Source: Balamuthia mandrillaris (Eukaryota). Taken from it: a DNA stretch of 64,000 bases. The notes beneath the pieces are model-generated. The model ran no database searches and was not told the origin of the DNA. It saw only the letters and a program-made list of their open reading frames with translations. Position 1 is the first letter of the stretch. Each line of letters opens with the position of its first letter. The position numbers and the translations under genes were made by a program. Below are positions 61,345-64,000 of this stretch, one piece after another. Location of the stretch: NCBI GenBank assembly GCA_031835245.2, contig JAVKOQ020000021.1, forward strand, positions 62,001-126,000. Reading direction: 5' to 3'.

Positions 61345-63249
61345 ATGAAGGGAACCGCTTCTTGCCTCTTTGTCGCTCTCTGCCTCCTCTGCCTTTGTGG
61401 AGGACAGTGCAATGGCCAGCTCGTTGACCCTTCTTTGTACCGAGAGTGCACCGACCAAGACTTTACCGCAGCAGCAGACTGCTTTCAGTTCTGTGACTAC
61501 CTAAAATTCGTTGACTCTACTCTATACCGTCAGTAAGTGTTCTCCATTTCTTTTGTGATTTTTCTTGTTGCTTATTCTTGAGGTTTTAACCTCAGGTGTA
61601 TTGAGACCACTGTAACCCCGTGTCTAGACTGTTATCCAAATGCCACGTACTCGCGTCATTTGCCTGCTTTTGTGCAAGAGTGTTCTCTTCTCGCCGGCAG
61701 TGTCTGCTATCAGGTCGTGGACATGCGTTCCCTTTCAGACTGTAGGAATAACCTCCCTTCGCTTCTGTTTGCTTTCTTGCTTTCTTTCAAACTCATATCT
61801 GGCCTGACCTTGGGGCGTTTTTGTTTGTGTTCTTACAAGTATGGACATTCTACGAGCTCTGTGGTGAAGGATGGTACCATTCCACCAGGGGTGGGGGGTT
61901 GTGCATATGTGCCCCTGGATGGGGAGGGCCTCAGTGTGACTTGGGTACAAAGCATTTTTCTTTGTTACATAGATTATGGTGCTAACTTCTTTTGGAAACA
62001 GAACGAAGCTCTTTCCATTGCGAACACACCCTTTACGTCGGGGGTTGTGTGTCTTTGGTTGATGAGCTGGGTTGTACTTTCAGGTGCGTTGCTATCTATC
62101 TATTCTCCTGCGCCACAAGGGTCTCACGTTCTTCTTACTTGTTCCACTTTATACAGCGAATGTGACAGGGAAAGCGGAGTCTGTACCATCGATGAACTTC
62201 GGGATCTTATTTGCCCGCCCGTTGTCTCTAACACAAACAACTCCACCGAGGATGGTTGCTTTAGCCTCGAATGCATCATCAAGGACGAATCCTGTGATAA
62301 GGCTGGTCCACACGGAGGAGTTATCAACGATATCGTCTGCTCTGATGGAACGTGCGTTGCTATTGCCTCCGAATGTGACGCTTTGGCTCCTTCGGTGGTT
62401 ACTTCTCTCTCTCGCAGCTTTGATCCGGATCGAACAGAAGGTTTGGATGTCCCTTTTCTTTCTGTGGAGAACGGAGAGTTTGTTGGAGCGGTTCAGGTGC
62501 GACCTGGGTCCTTCATGAATGTAACAACAGTTTCGGTCAGTTCCACGTCGTTAGTGAAACTGAAAAGCTATTTGAACGAAAGTTTCAACTGGGAGAGACT
62601 GCTGTCGAGTGTTGTTACGTTGGCGGCCTCTTCGAAAGAAGGACAAGAGCTTCTTCCCAATGAATTCTTGCAACCTGTTCTAGTTGCTTTCCGACCAACC
62701 AAAGATGTCAATTTGGTACTTCTTCATCACTCTTGTTTTTATCTCTTCTTCTTTCATGTCTGTCTTCTCTACATTGCTCGTTTCGTGCTCATGTTCCCCT
62801 CTTCGATCTCGTCTCTGCTGGGCTCTCTGCTCGTCTGCTCCGCTTCAGCTTTACTGCCTTCTTCGTGTTGGCTCTTCAGTCAGTACCTCACTTACATATC
62901 TTCTTTCTAGACAGACGTGTGCGTTGCGTTCTTGAATGAAACTAGAGGAGAGTGGCAATGCTTACCCCAAACTGCCATTGCGAACCAGTACCCGCAAGTC
63001 TTTGCCGCTGAAACTCCCCATTTTACCGACTTTACTCTTCTGCTTACGGGAACGCCAAAGGAGGAAGAGGAGGACGGAGAAGAGGACAATGAAAACATGG
63101 CGCCTGTCATAGGCGGAGCCGTAGGCAGCGTTTGCTTTGTTGTTCTCTTGTTCGCAATTGCGTTGGCATTGATGTGGTATGTTCGAAGAGAAAAGAGGCT
63201 AAAGGGACATAAAGGAGCTGTTAACTTTGTTGGTGAAGATGGCCTATAA
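61345..63249 (+). CDS. Single-pass membrane protein with Cys-rich/EGF-like ectodomain and GPS-like motif
   Basis: Signal peptide; spliced frame gives CICAPGWGGPQC (EGF); CVAFLNETRGEWQC..AETPHFTDFTLL (GPS-like); TM VIGGAVGSVCFVVLLFAIALALMWYV followed by RR. Confidence 0.75.
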
Positions 63250-63435
63250 TGTGAATACCTCTAGATTGTAAAGTTTTGTTCTTGATAAACAGACCCATAG
63301 CTGAACAGCAATGAGAGATATTCTAAACGATTTGATGTGAACCTGCCAGTTCCAGCATGCCAAACCAGCTGAAAACTTCTCCACTTTTTAAAAGATTATC
63401 TTTCAAAATGATAACCGTATCACAATGGTGAGGAA

Positions 63436-63690
63436 ATGGAGGGCAAAGTAGGTGAATACAACAACGGGAGTCAACATTGGAGTTGGACTTGGGCGATCGA
63501 AAAAATGAGGAAGAATCAAACCCAGGGCCATAGCATGAAGTCGTGCCTCACTTTGGTATCACCCTCTCTCTCTTTTCGCTTGTTTTGTATGTTTTTCTTG
63601 CTTTTGCGGGGTGATAATGAACGGTGCCATCCGTTTAGCTTTTAAAAACACCCACACAAGGACTCATTAAAACTGATAAAGTACGTAAGA
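63436..63690 (+). CDS. Possible 5' exons of a further gene running out of the window
   Basis: Short ORF MEGKVGEYNNGSQHWSWTWAIEK followed by gtatc and gtacgt donor-like sites; weak. Confidence 0.2.
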
Positions 63691-64000
63691 GGCGCCTTTG
63701 TTTAGAAGTCTGCAACGGGTCACACTAAAAGGAAGAGCCCTGGTAAGCGAGCGCGTCCGTGAAGCTTGTCGCATGCTGATAACTATTTTCAACCCTCTTT
63801 TGGCCTTTTAATGTAGCCTAAGATGGTGAACTGTTTAGTGAAAGCCCTAGGTGATCTCATTCATTCATTCATTCATTCATTTGTCATTTTTATCGTTTAT
63901 CGGCTTGCAATACTTCTCCTTGGTTTGTGTTTTCCCTTCAACCCTAACGATAGCCAAAAGGTGAAAAAAACTGTCTTGAGAGTAGAATACCAACAAAACT

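Overview
Gene-dense, intron-rich eukaryotic DNA. An amoebozoan of the Acanthamoeba/Balamuthia type is my inference from gene content and intron style; it is not proven. About 25 spliced or single-exon protein genes can be reconstructed by hand using GT-AG introns: a Cys-rich type I surface protein with a choice-of-anchor-K-like N-terminus, an ERI1-like exonuclease-qRRM-4xRanBP2 zinc-finger protein, a DH-PH-RhoGAP, two paralogous LRR proteins with a shared C-terminal module, a metallophosphoesterase, ES1/GATD3, a CAMK-type kinase, an arrestin-C-like protein, BORCS6, a MIT-VPS9 GEF, a Na/Pi cotransporter, a DUF1152 protein, CYP51, a tyrosine-kinase-like/DEP/FSP1(AIFM2)-like oxidoreductase fusion, inositol oxygenase, three intact aquaporins plus one degenerate copy, a JMJD8-like protein, a Tudor-like protein, a TMX-type thioredoxin and an EGF-GPS single-pass protein. 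Most ORFs in the supplied track are microsatellite or antisense artefacts. The most striking observations are the kinase-DEP-flavoprotein fusion, an LRR array with a fixed framework and variable binding face joined to a putative cullin-recruiting tail, the ESRP-like nuclease architecture, and a perfect 30-bp inverted repeat carrying a motif that recurs elsewhere in the window. All domain calls are from motif recognition by eye; no database searches were run.
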